DNA from: Patescibacteria group bacterium
Lineage (GTDB): Bacteria; Patescibacteriota; Microgenomatia; Levybacterales; GWA1-39-11
Assembly: GCA_035549295.1 (NCBI GenBank)
Contig: DASZRG010000043.1
Location: forward strand, 1,910-65,909
Length of the DNA: 64,000 nucleotides
Direction of reading: 5' to 3'
In this document: positions 27,885-38,924 of the stretch, piece after piece
Layout: every line of letters begins with the position of its first letter
Position numbering within the stretch: the stretch's first letter is position 1
Program-made: the position numbers and the translations under genes
The notes under the pieces: generated by a model
Told to the model about the DNA's origin: nothing
What the model saw: only the letters and a program-made list of their open reading frames with translations
The model's database searches: none

Positions 27885-29675
27885 GTCTCTTGTTGCGTCG
27901 GCAACATGTTCTTCTTCCAGGCGGAAGATACCTTCATCAAGTCTTTTTTGATCAAGGAAATGGGAGATAAATCCAATTGAGCGGGATGCGACAAAAATTG
28001 CGTTAAAGAATTCAATATCTACAAGCTGCTTTAATTCATCAACTGAATAGCCTTCCTTTTCTGATAATAAATCAAGAAGTACCGCAGCTATTGATCCATC
28101 TATATTGAGAATGAGATTTCCCTTTTTCGCAACTGTTACTTTTTCTATTTCTTTTGCAAATTTTGTGTACTTGGCATCAAGTCCTTCTGTGAAAGACAGA
28201 ACTTCAGCAACACGCGGATCTGGAATATCAACTCTATATTTTCTGTGACCTATTCCTGAAATATATTTTTTATTTGCCGCAAATTCTTCAACAAACTTTG
28301 ATGCATCAACATCTCGTTCAACACCCATCACAAAATTTGCTGCTGCTTCATTTATGGCCCCTCCAAATCGTGGACCTATTGTTAAAATTCCTGTAGCTAG
28401 TGACGACACAAGATCGCGTCCTGCGCGTGCTGTAATAATGGTATTAACTGCACCTGATACATATGGACCATGGTCAACAAGAAGTTTGAGAACAAAATTC
28501 ATAAAATCTTCGAGTTCTTGTGACTTGATTTTTTTTCCAAGAAACATTGAGGCAACAACGTACCCAAACGAGTGATTTTTTGAAAAACTCAAAAGTTCTT
28601 CACCCACTATTTTGACACTTCCACCATCATCCCTTGAAATACTTGTTGATATAAGTCCATGTTTTCGACTGTCCATATCATCTATTATAGCCTGTTTCTC
28701 ATCATTTTCTTCCGATAACTCCTGAGGTATCTCGCTCATCATTTGCACAAATTCAGAAAAGCTTTCTGCGACATGAACTCCGGCGTCCCTCAGAGCATCT
28801 CGTTTGGCGCGAGCTGTCTCGCGCGCGTTTGCCGCCATTGCTTTCGCATGACCAAATTGCGGAGCTGTTGGGAAAATTTCAGCAACGGTTCCCGCAATAT
28901 AACAATAAACAGGTTTTGTAAGTTTTCCGCTTTGTATAAGTTCACAAACTCCATATTCATCCGTTCCACCTAGCTCTCCAAAATAAACTATATACTCAGT
29001 TGCCGCATCATTTTCAGCCGCAAGGAATGCTTCTTTTGGTGGAGTTGCAGGAAATCTTTCACCTCCGAAATGGAGCGCAAATGAAATATTTTTCTTGTGT
29101 TGTGCAAGAATGTTTATAAGCTCATTCGTTGTCCCACCTGATGCTGAAAAAACCGCAATGTTACCTCGCTTAAATAAGCGTGCATCAACCAGTTGTCTAT
29201 GCGTAACTCCTCCGATAGCACCAAGTTTTACAATATTCGGAATAATAAGTCCCACCGATGCTGGACCGATGATAAATATATTTTTCGCATCGGCAAGAGT
29301 CTTAAGATCTATCGCATGTTTTTCTGGAACACCTTCTGCAAAAACAGTACCGCCAATAATCGACGGTAATTTTTCAATCGCGTCAGCCGATGAAACAAAA
29401 GCGCGTCTACCCGATGAAACATTTATAAAATATGTGATAGCCTCACGAAGATCACTTGGGATTTTTGCAACTTCAGAATAGACGGGAATTAAAATTTCTT
29501 TTTTTCCAAAAAAGTATCTCTCAAATCGACGGCCCGCAGCAACAATTCCAATAATCGATGGTTTAGTATTTCCCGATGTAAATTCAAAATCTAGAATTGA
29601 TTGAATTATCGACGGATAAGATCCGATGAATAATATTTTTTTGTCTGAACTGATTATTTTGTCTATGCTGATCAT
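27882..29675 (-). CDS. aclA: ATP-citrate lyase alpha subunit
   Basis: IIGPASVG, FGHAKA phospho-His site, DHGPYVSGA, GPRFGGA, GIGHR, LNIDG. Confidence 0.9.
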   Translation of the reverse strand: MISIDKIISSDKKILFIGSYPSIIQSILDFEFTSGNTKPSIIGIVAAGRRFERYFFGKKEILIPVYSEVAKIPSDLREAITYFINVSSGRRAFVSSADAIEKLPSIIGGTVFAEGVPEKHAIDLKTLADAKNIFIIGPASVGLIIPNIVKLGAIGGVTHRQLVDARLFKRGNIAVFSASGGTTNELINILAQHKKNISFALHFGGERFPATPPKEAFLAAENDAATEYIVYFGELGGTDEYGVCELIQSGKLTKPVYCYIAGTVAEIFPTAPQFGHAKAMAANARETARAKRDALRDAGVHVAESFSEFVQMMSEIPQELSEENDEKQAIIDDMDSRKHGLISTSISRDDGGSVKIVGEELLSFSKNHSFGYVVASMFLGKKIKSQELEDFMNFVLKLLVDHGPYVSGAVNTIITARAGRDLVSSLATGILTIGPRFGGAINEAAANFVMGVERDVDASKFVEEFAANKKYISGIGHRKYRVDIPDPRVAEVLSFTEGLDAKYTKFAKEIEKVTVAKKGNLILNIDGSIAAVLLDLLSEKEGYSVDELKQLVDIEFFNAIFVASRSIGFISHFLDQKRLDEGIFRLEEEHVADATRD

Positions 29676-29685
29676 TTTTTTTCCT

Positions 29686-29758
29686 TGTCATTCTTAAGGA
29701 GCAACGCGACTGAAGAATCTTTGTTAAAGATCCTTCGAGCTTCGCTCTCAGGATGACA
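29686..29758. repeat. REP-like doublet (GTCAT family) filling the aclB-aclA spacer
   Basis: tgtcattcttaagga...gaagaatct ttgttaa agatccttc...ctcaggatgaca; contains the aclB stop codon. Confidence 0.75.
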
Positions 29759-30935
29759 AACTTATAATTGCTTCACCTACAATATCTGACACCACAAATT
29801 CCGGGCCATGAACTGCACCTAGTAGCTTATTTTCATCTAAGAATTTTCTCATAATCTCAAGGCCTTCTTTCTGATGTGGACCACCGCGTCTTACAAAAAC
29901 TTTAACTCCTTGCTCTTGAAGATCTGGTACGACATCCGATATAGCACGAATAACTCCCAAAAAAGTCGTTCTAATATCTGTAAAGTTTGCAACTCCTCCA
30001 CCGATAATTAACACCTTTTTCTTCGCCTGAGATTTTAAAAGTAGAGAAAGTAAATTTTTTGCATAGAGAAATGTCTCCTCTTCAGTCGGATTTCCAGAAT
30101 ACTCTCCATAGTTTGCAAGTTCTCCACCATATCCAAGACTCTGGACTTCATCTGCCAGCATTACACTCACTCCTCCACCTGAGAGCAACATAAAAATAGA
30201 ACCATTAGGATTGAGAACAGTTAGCGTAAGCGACGATGAACTTTTCTCGGCAACTTTTGCAATATTTTTCTCTTCCTCAGTTTTATCAAGCTTTGCGGAT
30301 CGGATATCGTGACTACTCCAGTTATCGACAAAAAATTCAGCAGCCGAATCTACTTCACTTGCTATATCAAGCATGAACGGTGTCTTAAAAGAAATAACAA
30401 GAGGATTTATCTCAAGGAATGAAAAATAATTTATTTCAAAAACTTCAATTATTTTGGTAAGAAAGTCAGGACTTAATTCTATTTTTGACGCGACTTCTTC
30501 TATATCTTTTGGATCTGTAATCAGATGTTTTTTTACTTCATGCTCATACGCTTCAACATCAACTCCACCCTTACTTGAGTAATAAAGGACAGTCCCCTCC
30601 CCCGCTCTCTCAAGTGCAAGATAGTGTTCTTCTGAATCTTCATGAGCTATCATTTCCTCAATCAAAAAATGAGAATATCCTTTTTTACTCAGTTCTGAAA
30701 CTGCATCTATTATGTCGTTTGCTTTTTCAAGATCAAGTTTTATAAGTCCTTGTTTAAATCTCTTTTTAATTCCTTGATCAACTTTAACAACGTATTTTTT
30801 ATCGGTCTTTACTGAATCTTCGATCTTTGAAATTGGATCATGATCTATCGTGAAAGGGAAACCAGAATATGGTGTTTTGAGATGATTGTTGACGATAGTT
30901 TTTGCGCGAAATTCGGATAACTTTACTCGTGGCAT
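29748..30935 (-). CDS. aclB: ATP-citrate lyase beta subunit
   Basis: VVKVDQGIKKR ATP-grasp, LEINP, ANYGEYSGNP, GGGVANFT, VRRGGP. Confidence 0.9.
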   Translation of the reverse strand: MPRVKLSEFRAKTIVNNHLKTPYSGFPFTIDHDPISKIEDSVKTDKKYVVKVDQGIKKRFKQGLIKLDLEKANDIIDAVSELSKKGYSHFLIEEMIAHEDSEEHYLALERAGEGTVLYYSSKGGVDVEAYEHEVKKHLITDPKDIEEVASKIELSPDFLTKIIEVFEINYFSFLEINPLVISFKTPFMLDIASEVDSAAEFFVDNWSSHDIRSAKLDKTEEEKNIAKVAEKSSSSLTLTVLNPNGSIFMLLSGGGVSVMLADEVQSLGYGGELANYGEYSGNPTEEETFLYAKNLLSLLLKSQAKKKVLIIGGGVANFTDIRTTFLGVIRAISDVVPDLQEQGVKVFVRRGGPHQKEGLEIMRKFLDENKLLGAVHGPEFVVSDIVGEAIISLSS

Positions 30936-30939
30936 ACTA

Positions 30940-30974
30940 GTATCAAGTATAAGGTATTAGGTATAAAGTATAAA
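30940..30974. repeat. Heptamer tandem arm
   Basis: gtatcaa gtataag gtattag gtataaa gtataaa. Confidence 0.8.
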
Positions 30975-30992
30975 GAGGCAGCGGCAATAAGA

Positions 30993-31766
30993 TTAAACTT
31001 CAATTCTCATCATATCTTCGCCAACAATGACTTCGCAATTGGCAATATTTTTGATGGTTGCGATCATCTCCTCTTCGCGACCCACGCATTGAGGACCAAT
31101 ATGAGTTAAAACTACTTTCTTAAATCCGCCAATTTTTGCCAAGTTACCAATATCCTCGGGACATAAATGATTACCTATCAATGACTTTTTATCCGGGAAG
31201 GAACATTCAAGTATTGCTATATCGGCATTGCGACCTAGCTCACATATTGTTTCGTCATAACCCATATCTCCTGAATAGACAATGGATTTATCTGAAAAAT
31301 CCAATCGATATGCAAGACTATCTGCGGTGTGTTTTATGCGTGAAGTTGTTACTTTAAAATCAGATGAAGCAATAACAGTACCATCATTAATACTTTGAAT
31401 ACTAAATACATCTTCTAATTTGAAATCTTCTTTATACAATTTCCAAACATTCAACATAATGTCTTGCACACTTGGTGGAACGTTAACTAAAACTTTTTCA
31501 AGTTTTCTATTACGAGTCTCCACGCATCGTCCCTGCATAAATTGGATAAGATCCACATTGTGGTCTATGTGATGATGAGTAATAAAGATATGAGTTGGTT
31601 TAACAAATATATCCATCCCACTCGAGAGCATTTTATGTAACACGCCACCGCCCATATCAAATAATAAATACGAGTCTCCAATTTCAATTCCCCAACCGGA
31701 ATACGATCTAAGCGGTTTATTAGGGGACGGCGCACAGAATCCGGTGCCGTAGAGAGTTAATTGCAT
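30993..31766 (-). CDS. MBL-fold metallo-hydrolase (RNase Z-like)
   Basis: THHHIDH, YSGD, LECSF, HL, LTH motifs. Confidence 0.9.
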   Translation of the reverse strand: MQLTLYGTGFCAPSPNKPLRSYSGWGIEIGDSYLLFDMGGGVLHKMLSSGMDIFVKPTHIFITHHHIDHNVDLIQFMQGRCVETRNRKLEKVLVNVPPSVQDIMLNVWKLYKEDFKLEDVFSIQSINDGTVIASSDFKVTTSRIKHTADSLAYRLDFSDKSIVYSGDMGYDETICELGRNADIAILECSFPDKKSLIGNHLCPEDIGNLAKIGGFKKVVLTHIGPQCVGREEEMIATIKNIANCEVIVGEDMMRIEV

Positions 31767-31842
31767 GAGGATATTATATCAGTAAGGAGAGTTGGGGGAG
31801 TAAGGTAAGTTAGGGGTTAGTAATGACGTTGGGATACGGAAG

Positions 31843-31868
31843 AGATTCTGAAACAAGTTCAGAATGAC
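31843..31868. repeat. REP-like palindrome (GTCAT family)
   Basis: agattctgaaacaagttcagaatgac, exact reverse complement of 62103-62128. Confidence 0.85.
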
Positions 31869-31880
31869 GACGTTGGATGG

Positions 31881-31915
31881 TCAATTGTCAGTTGTTAATT
31901 GTCAATTGTAAATTA
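31881..31915. repeat. Heptamer arm (CAATTGT type) at the fusA stop
   Basis: tcaattg tcagttg ttaattg tcaattg taaatta. Confidence 0.8.
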
Positions 31916-34060
31916 CTGGGCTGTAATGCGGCCTGTGAATGTGGATTTTGCGAGCATTGCTTGGACAATGTTCTGTGGAACTTCTTCATAGTGTGATGGC
32001 TCCATGTAGTAAGTTGCGCGACCCTGTGACATAGACCTGAGAGTTGTTGCATAACCTGAAAGCTCTGATAGTGGAACCATTGCAAGAATAATTCTTGCAT
32101 TTCCACGCTCTTCAGATCCTGAAATCTGTGCACGCTTTGAAGAAAGATCTCCAATAACATCTCCCATAAACTCCTCAGGTGTTGTGACTTCAACTTTCAT
32201 GATTGGCTCAAGAAGTTTCATGTCACCTTTTTTAGCTGCTGCTTGAAGTGCCATAGATGCAGCAATCTTAAATGCGATATCTGACGAATCGACATCATGA
32301 TATGAACCATCGTAAACAGTAACTTTCAAATCAACAATTGGATACCCTAATAGAATTCCTTTCTCGAGAGTTTCAGCAACTCCCTTACTGACTGATGTTA
32401 CAAATTCCGCTGGAATCGCACCACCCTTAATTGCATTTACAAACTCATATCCTTCACCGCGTGGATTTGGCTGAATTCTCAACCAACAATGTCCATATTG
32501 TCCTCGTCCTCCTGTTTGCTTAATATACTTACCCTCCCCTGTTGCTTCAATTCCAAATGTCTCTTTGTATGCAACTTGAGGAGCACCAACATTTGCAAGC
32601 ACATTAAATTCTCGCTTCATACGGTCTACCATGATCTCAAGTTGAAGCTCTCCGACTCCAGAAATAATAGTCTGGTTGGTCTCGTGGTTGGTCTTAACTG
32701 TAAATGTTGGATCTTCTTCCATGAGACGCTTTAGAGCAAGCCCCATTTTTTCTTGGTCTGATTTGGTCTTTGGCTCAATGGCAAGTGAAATAACAGGTTC
32801 TGGGAAGGTAATCTTTTCAAGAACAATTGGTTTTGTTTCATCACAAATTGTATCTCCGGTTATTGTGTCTTTAAGCCCTACTACAGCAACTATTTCTCCA
32901 GCATAAGCTTCCGCTATCTCTTCTCTCTGATTGGAGTGCATCAGAAGAAGTCGACCTACACGCTCTTTTACATCGCGAGTTGAATTGTAAGCGTAAGAAC
33001 CGGATACCAACTTACCAGAATATATACGAACGAAAGTAATTTTTCCGACGTGCGGATCAATTTGGACCTTAAATGCAAATCCTGTAAATGCCTCTTCAGG
33101 AACTAATTTTCTTGTTTCATCAGTATTTGTCTTTGGATTGATACCCTTAACTTCACCAAGATCAGCAGGAGATGGAAGGTAGTCAACAACTGCATCAAGA
33201 AGTGGCTGAACTCCTTTGTTGCGAAGCGATGTACCTGCATAGATTGGAACTAATTTATATCCGACAACTGCTTTGCGAAGTCCTTGTTTCAACTCTTCAT
33301 TTGAGATCTCTTCACTGTTGAGGTATTTTTCAAGAAGTGTGTCGTCATTTTCTGCAATCTTTTCGATCATCTTGTGACGATATTCCTCAACTTGTGCCTT
33401 CATATCAGCAGGAATTTCATCTGAAATATCGTACTTTGCTCCAAGCTCTTCCCCGCCCCAAGTAAGTGCTTTCATATTGAGAAGATCAACAACTCCTTTA
33501 AAATCGTTCTCAGCACCAATCGGAAGAACCATAATGCATGGGTTTGCACCGAGTCTATCCTCAATTGATTTAACGGTCTTTAGAAAGTCAGCACCGAGCT
33601 TGTCCATTTTGTTAACAAAACAAATTCTTGGAACATGATATTTATCAGCCTGACGCCATACAGTCTCTGACTGTGACTGTACACCTTCTTCTGCATCAAG
33701 AACAGTTACGGCTCCATCTAAAACACGAAGTGAACGCTCAACCTCTGCTGTAAAGTCGACGTGCCCGGGAGTATCAATAAGATTTATTCTGTATGGGATA
33801 TCTTGCCCTTCTGAACGTCCAAGTGGTGTATGTGTCCAAAAAGTGGTAGTTGCCGCAGAAACGATAGTAATACCTCGCTCTCGCTCTTGGTCCATCCAGT
33901 CCATTACTGTATTTCCATCGTCGATATCTCCAATTTTGTATGACTTTCCAGTATAGTAAAGAATACGTTCTGAGGTGGTTGTTTTACCTGCATCAATATG
34001 CGCAATAATTCCAATGTTGCGAATTTTATCGAGTGGTACTTGTCGTGATGTGTCTGCCAT
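31913..34060 (-). CDS. fusA: Elongation factor G
   Basis: [26 protein letters not shown]. Confidence 0.99.
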   Translation of the reverse strand: MADTSRQVPLDKIRNIGIIAHIDAGKTTTSERILYYTGKSYKIGDIDDGNTVMDWMDQERERGITIVSAATTTFWTHTPLGRSEGQDIPYRINLIDTPGHVDFTAEVERSLRVLDGAVTVLDAEEGVQSQSETVWRQADKYHVPRICFVNKMDKLGADFLKTVKSIEDRLGANPCIMVLPIGAENDFKGVVDLLNMKALTWGGEELGAKYDISDEIPADMKAQVEEYRHKMIEKIAENDDTLLEKYLNSEEISNEELKQGLRKAVVGYKLVPIYAGTSLRNKGVQPLLDAVVDYLPSPADLGEVKGINPKTNTDETRKLVPEEAFTGFAFKVQIDPHVGKITFVRIYSGKLVSGSYAYNSTRDVKERVGRLLLMHSNQREEIAEAYAGEIVAVVGLKDTITGDTICDETKPIVLEKITFPEPVISLAIEPKTKSDQEKMGLALKRLMEEDPTFTVKTNHETNQTIISGVGELQLEIMVDRMKREFNVLANVGAPQVAYKETFGIEATGEGKYIKQTGGRGQYGHCWLRIQPNPRGEGYEFVNAIKGGAIPAEFVTSVSKGVAETLEKGILLGYPIVDLKVTVYDGSYHDVDSSDIAFKIAASMALQAAAKKGDMKLLEPIMKVEVTTPEEFMGDVIGDLSSKRAQISGSEERGNARIILAMVPLSELSGYATTLRSMSQGRATYYMEPSHYEEVPQNIVQAMLAKSTFTGRITAQ

Positions 34061-34128
34061 AAATAAAAATAAACTCGAGCTACTTGCCTCGAGGTTTATA
34101 TTCTATCAAAAATTTCCTCCCCCTGCAA
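34061..34128 (-). promoter_or_regulatory. fusA promoter plus leader hairpin and U-tract
   Basis: TTGCAG-17-TAGAAT, then AUAAAC-CUCGAG...CUCGAG-UUUAU-UUUUAUUU-AUG. Confidence 0.7.
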
Positions 34129-34219
34129 TAATGCGCAGTGGCTGAGTTGGATCATCACTGATTGTAAACTGATTCACGCTGATTTAATTTCACAAAATGA
34201 TTTTTGCTATAATCGTCCA

Positions 34220-35302
34220 ATGAGTGGAAACAGAATTAAAATTCTTCAGGAGAATTTGGTGGATTATAAGATTGATGCGCTCCTTGTTTCATCGGCTATT
34301 AATATTCAATATCTAACAGGTTACTCGAACTTCTCAAAAGATGAGAGGGAGGCGTATCTTTTTGTTACGGGAACATCCGCAACTCTTTTTACTGACTCAA
34401 GATACATTGAGGCGGTCGAAAAAATCATTCCTAAAAATGTTAATGCCACAACCAAAAGACCAATTTCTGATGAAATAAACAAAATCGTAAAAGAAGAAAA
34501 CGTTGAAAAAATTGGTTTTGAAAATAACTTTACATATGATGAGCATTCGCGATTTAAAAAGAAAATATCTGCAAAACTTGTTTTGGTCGACAGCCTAATT
34601 GAAGAACTTCGAAGCGTAAAGGATGATTCAGAAATTGAATCAATTAAAAAAGCTGCAGCACTAACCGACAAAACGTTTACATTTATTAAAAATCAAATAA
34701 AGATCGGTTCTACAGAAAAACAAATTGCGTGGGAAATGGAGAAATATATTCGAGAAAATGGTGGCATCTTGGCTTTCGATACTATAGTAGCTTTCGGTGC
34801 AAATTCTTCGGTGCCGCATCACTTAACATCAGATAAAAGACTTAAGACTGAAGATGAATTTGTTTTACTTGATTTCGGATCGAGAGTCGACGGATACTGC
34901 TCTGACATGACGCGGACTATTCTCACAGAAAGCGCATCGGATCGCGCAAGAAAAATTTATGAAGCAGTTTTAGAAGCTCAAGAGTCATCCGCTCAATTGA
35001 TTAATCAATTAATCAAAGCGTCAAAACCTGTTGATGGAGCAGTTATTGCTCGACGCGCAAATGAAGTATTAAAACAACATGGGTTTGCCGACGTTCCACA
35101 TGGGCTCGGCCATGGGATAGGACTTGAAGTACATGAGCTACCTCATCTTCATCCAAAATTGACAGACGAAATACTTGTTGAGGAGAATTATTTCTCAATA
35201 GAACCAGGAATATATATACCAGGATTTGGTGGAGTTAGAATTGAGGATGATTATTTGATGACAAAGAATGGGCTTGAGCAAGTAACAAAATCACCGAAGT
35301 AA
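34220..35302 (+). CDS. Xaa-Pro aminopeptidase (M24)
   Basis: YCSDMTRT, HGLGHGIGLEVHE, IEPGIY, GGVRIED. Confidence 0.95.
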   Translation: MSGNRIKILQENLVDYKIDALLVSSAINIQYLTGYSNFSKDEREAYLFVTGTSATLFTDSRYIEAVEKIIPKNVNATTKRPISDEINKIVKEENVEKIGFENNFTYDEHSRFKKKISAKLVLVDSLIEELRSVKDDSEIESIKKAAALTDKTFTFIKNQIKIGSTEKQIAWEMEKYIRENGGILAFDTIVAFGANSSVPHHLTSDKRLKTEDEFVLLDFGSRVDGYCSDMTRTILTESASDRARKIYEAVLEAQESSAQLINQLIKASKPVDGAVIARRANEVLKQHGFADVPHGLGHGIGLEVHELPHLHPKLTDEILVEENYFSIEPGIYIPGFGGVRIEDDYLMTKNGLEQVTKSPK

Positions 35303-35429
35303 TCGAGATACTAGATATTAGAAACAAGTAACTACTTAAGGATTAAGTTAAAAAAAGTTTAAAGTTATTATTCAAATATATTGATCCAAATCACATACAA
35401 CTCGCATAATTCATGATTAAATTCGCATT

Positions 35430-36596
35430 ATGAGAAAGTTTTTTGCAATATTTATCGCACTATTTTTACTTCTTTCTATCTTTCCTGTACCGACATTTGC
35501 TGCTGAACCTCAAAAAATTGTTGTTCTTGCAAGAGGGAAAACGGTTGACAGTGATTACTTTGGCGCAGGAAACGAAGTTAGAATTTCAGGAACTGTAAAT
35601 GGAGATGCATATGTTGCAGGAGGAACTGTAGTAGTCGATGGTACGATTAACGGAGATTTACTTGTAGCCGGTGGCAATATAACTGTCACAGGAACAGTAA
35701 GAAATAATATTAGAAGCGCTGGTGGAAATATAAGCATATCAGGCGCAACCGTCGGAGGAAATATCACAGCTTTAGGAGGTCAAATTAACATCGATAGTGC
35801 AAACCGACTTCAAGGCAGCATTGTTGCAGGAGGAGGAAATATCCAGATTTTTGCCACCGTCCCACGAGGAGTTACACTTGGAGGAGGAAATGTCGTGTTA
35901 GGAAGCGTTGTTGGAAAAGATGTTTTTGCTGGTGTTGGTAATTTAACAATAACTCAGAATGCGCAAATTAACGGAAATTTAACTTATTTATCTGATCAGA
36001 ACGCTAATATCGCGGAGGGTGCATCAATTTCAGGTCATGTCAAACACGAAATACCTCAGAGAAATCAAGTAAGAGCGAGCCAAATAGGTCGAACTACCGC
36101 ACATGCCGCGGCAGGATTTCTGGGAATACTCAAGATATTTGATTTAGTAATAATTATAATTTGGGGATTATTCTTCATAACGTTCTTCCCTGTATATACA
36201 ACCAATGTTTCAAATTATATTAGAACCAATTTTTGGACCAGCTTAATTACTGGACTAGCAGTCCTAGTACTTACTCCTATTATCGGAATATTATTGTTTG
36301 TATCTATACTTGGGATTCCTTTTGCGCTACTGTTGTTTGTTCTATATATGATACTAATTTGGATTTCAAAAATATTTGTCATCAACACTTTTGGACAATT
36401 TATTCTAGCTCGAACAAATAATAAAACAGGCGCTATTACTACTTTTATAGTCGGAGTTGTCGCCTACTTAATACTAACTCTCATTCCAATAATTTCATTT
36501 CTAACTCATTTGATTATTACACTGGTAGGAGTTGGCGCAGTTGCTGCTCAAAAACAAAAATATTACTCCGATCTCCGAGCAAAGAAGTTGATATAA
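35430..36596 (+). CDS. Bactofilin-like (polymer-forming) domain membrane protein
   Basis: Signal peptide, repeated G-x-V-x-G-D/N beta-helix, C-terminal TM segments. Confidence 0.8.
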   Translation: MRKFFAIFIALFLLLSIFPVPTFAAEPQKIVVLARGKTVDSDYFGAGNEVRISGTVNGDAYVAGGTVVVDGTINGDLLVAGGNITVTGTVRNNIRSAGGNISISGATVGGNITALGGQINIDSANRLQGSIVAGGGNIQIFATVPRGVTLGGGNVVLGSVVGKDVFAGVGNLTITQNAQINGNLTYLSDQNANIAEGASISGHVKHEIPQRNQVRASQIGRTTAHAAAGFLGILKIFDLVIIIIWGLFFITFFPVYTTNVSNYIRTNFWTSLITGLAVLVLTPIIGILLFVSILGIPFALLLFVLYMILIWISKIFVINTFGQFILARTNNKTGAITTFIVGVVAYLILTLIPIISFLTHLIITLVGVGAVAAQKQKYYSDLRAKKLI

Positions 36597-36663
36597 GATA
36601 AAAAGTCACATTAAATCAAAGAAGGTTGATAATAGAAAATATTTGTTTTATTCTTGAGGATGA

Positions 36664-38154
36664 TTGGAATTTATCAAATTGGAACAATTACTAAGCTCTA
36701 AATTTTACAAAAAACATAGCTACGAAATCATGGTCGTAGCAATAATTCTGCTCGCCATTTTTCTTCGCTTCTACAACTATTCAGGCCGCTTACTACTTGC
36801 TGGAGATCAAGCACGCGACGCAATAATTGCCCAAGAAATAGTAAACGAACACAAGATTCCTGCTGTTGGTCCATTTTCATCAGTCGGTAACTTCACAACC
36901 GGAAACATTTGGTACATATGGCTTGGATTTTCAGCGGCTCTTATTCCTACTTTCGAAGGACCTTGGATAATTCTTACCCTGTCCTATATCACGATAGTAA
37001 TTTTGATGATAATTATTGCAAGAAACATAGGCGATAAGTCCTTTTCACTGATAGTCGGACTTTTGGCGGCAGTTTCACCAGCCGAAGTTGCCCAAAGTAC
37101 CAATCTTACTAACCCATCTCTTGTAGCAGTATTTTCGGTTTTAACGCTACTGTTTGCACTGCTTTATTTAAAAAAGGGTACAAATTTATTTTTGTTTTTG
37201 GTTGCCTTCTTTATAGGAGAAGCGATAAGTACGCATTTTCAAGCAGTCTATCTTCTTGTATTAATTCCAATAGTTCTTGTTGTTAAAAGACCAAAGTTAT
37301 CTGGATTTGTTTATTTAGCAATTGGACTTATTATTCCATTCATTGCCTATTTTTATTTTGACTTCAATCACAACTTCTACAATATTCGTGGAATCATTGA
37401 CTATGTAAGATTCGGCCAATATAGAATATACATTGCAAATCGATGGCTTACATACGCAGCCGTTTTTTGGCCCGACATGTGGGGAAAAATAATCGGTGGG
37501 AACAAACTATTCGGCTATTTGTTTATGGCCCTTGTAACGCTCTCCACAATCTATTCACTTCTTAAAAAACAAATTAACAAACAATTGCTATCCGTCGTTG
37601 CAACTTTTGCAATCGTTTTTGTTGCGCTTCGATTTTATCGCGGAGAAAGATTTGATGGATATTTTGTATTTTTACATCCATACGTATTGTTATTGTCTGC
37701 ATTCGTAATCTATTTTATTTACAAGTTAAACAAATATTTAGGACTGCTTATTTTATTTCTTGTATTAATCTTTAGCATAAATGCAAGTTTACCTGCTCTT
37801 TTCGATAAACAAACAGAAGTAAATAAAGGCGAGTATTGGAGCAACGTTTTTATAAAAGATTTTCCTGATAAAAAATTTGAGTTTTATCAATTCACAAATA
37901 GCAATGAATCGCTAAGTCTTCCAATAGTTATTAATCTTTATAAAAAAGGCAAAATTCAAGATGGTGGATATCGAATTGGTTTTGGAGGTCCAAAACCTGC
38001 GGACAGAAAAAATTATGTTTATCTAAAAGACAATAAGTTAGGATTTGACCTATGGAGTCTAAATAGTAGTAGTTCTGCGCAGCTCATAAAATCCGGCTGG
38101 CACAAAGCAAATCCTTCCTCAATATATAAGGTGTCGGCGGAGTGGTATAAATAA
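36664..38154 (+). CDS. ArnT/PMT-like GT-C glycosyltransferase
   Basis: AIFLRFY, GDQARD loop, multiple TM segments. Confidence 0.8.
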   Translation: MEFIKLEQLLSSKFYKKHSYEIMVVAIILLAIFLRFYNYSGRLLLAGDQARDAIIAQEIVNEHKIPAVGPFSSVGNFTTGNIWYIWLGFSAALIPTFEGPWIILTLSYITIVILMIIIARNIGDKSFSLIVGLLAAVSPAEVAQSTNLTNPSLVAVFSVLTLLFALLYLKKGTNLFLFLVAFFIGEAISTHFQAVYLLVLIPIVLVVKRPKLSGFVYLAIGLIIPFIAYFYFDFNHNFYNIRGIIDYVRFGQYRIYIANRWLTYAAVFWPDMWGKIIGGNKLFGYLFMALVTLSTIYSLLKKQINKQLLSVVATFAIVFVALRFYRGERFDGYFVFLHPYVLLLSAFVIYFIYKLNKYLGLLILFLVLIFSINASLPALFDKQTEVNKGEYWSNVFIKDFPDKKFEFYQFTNSNESLSLPIVINLYKKGKIQDGGYRIGFGGPKPADRKNYVYLKDNKLGFDLWSLNSSSSAQLIKSGWHKANPSSIYKVSAEWYK

Positions 38155-38172
38155 GAGTATCACGAGTAATTA

Positions 38173-38268
38173 CAATCGTTTAAAGTTATTGGGTAACGAA
38201 ACCCGTATCGGTGAAGTTTTACGTTTAACATACCCCATTGACGAAACGGGCATCGTAACCGATTAACT
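38173..38268 (+). repeat. 97-bp structured dispersed element, copy 1
   Basis: Aligns with the reverse complement of 53456-53552 with about 10 differences. Confidence 0.9.
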
Positions 38269-38276
38269 TAGATAGT

Positions 38277-38924
38277 CTACTGGGTGGTGATGTCTATTCC
38301 GAGGATTTTTGTTCCTACGACCACTTGATCAACTACATCAAGACCGTTTGTAACTTTTCCAAATATTGTATATGCGTGCGGCAGTGGGGTATCTTTTTTC
38401 AAAATAAAGAATTGACTTCCATTTGTGTTAGGACCTCGATTGGCCATAGCAAGAACCCCTCTTATATATCCCGCTTGGTATGAGGGTGTGTTAGGATTTA
38501 GCTCATCTTCAAATGTTGGTCCATAGATTGATGTACCGCCAGATCCATTACCGCTTGGATCACCACCCTGAATAACCCAATCCTCTACTCGATGGAAAGT
38601 AAGATTATTATAGTATCCTCGTTTTGCCAGAGTTGCAAAGTTAGTTACAGTCTTTGCAGCTTCTGATGCGTAAAGATCAACCGTGATGTCTCCTTTATCG
38701 GTTCTAATAGTTGCGGATTTTGCATTTGTTACTTCATCTGTTGAGTTTGTAACCTGCTGACTTTCTCCGCCAGGTGTTGGTGTATTTATGGATACTGTTG
38801 GAGATGCCGTAGGTGTCAAAAAATTTGGTGTCTGAGACTGTTGATTGGTACTTTGATTTGTCATAAAGTAAATTCCTAAAAACGCAACAAGAACTATTAA
38901 ACCGAAAACCACTGCCGTTTTCAT
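38277..38924 (-). CDS. Membrane-anchored cyclophilin-type PPIase
   Basis: FHRV, IQGGDP, LAMANRGPNTNGSQFFI. Confidence 0.95.
   Translation of the reverse strand: MKTAVVFGLIVLVAFLGIYFMTNQSTNQQSQTPNFLTPTASPTVSINTPTPGGESQQVTNSTDEVTNAKSATIRTDKGDITVDLYASEAAKTVTNFATLAKRGYYNNLTFHRVEDWVIQGGDPSGNGSGGTSIYGPTFEDELNPNTPSYQAGYIRGVLAMANRGPNTNGSQFFILKKDTPLPHAYTIFGKVTNGLDVVDQVVVGTKILGIDITTQ

Noticed and set aside
38173-38268. DGR TR/VR pair for the 97-bp repeat
   Set aside because: Both copies are intergenic and the differences are not confined to adenines.
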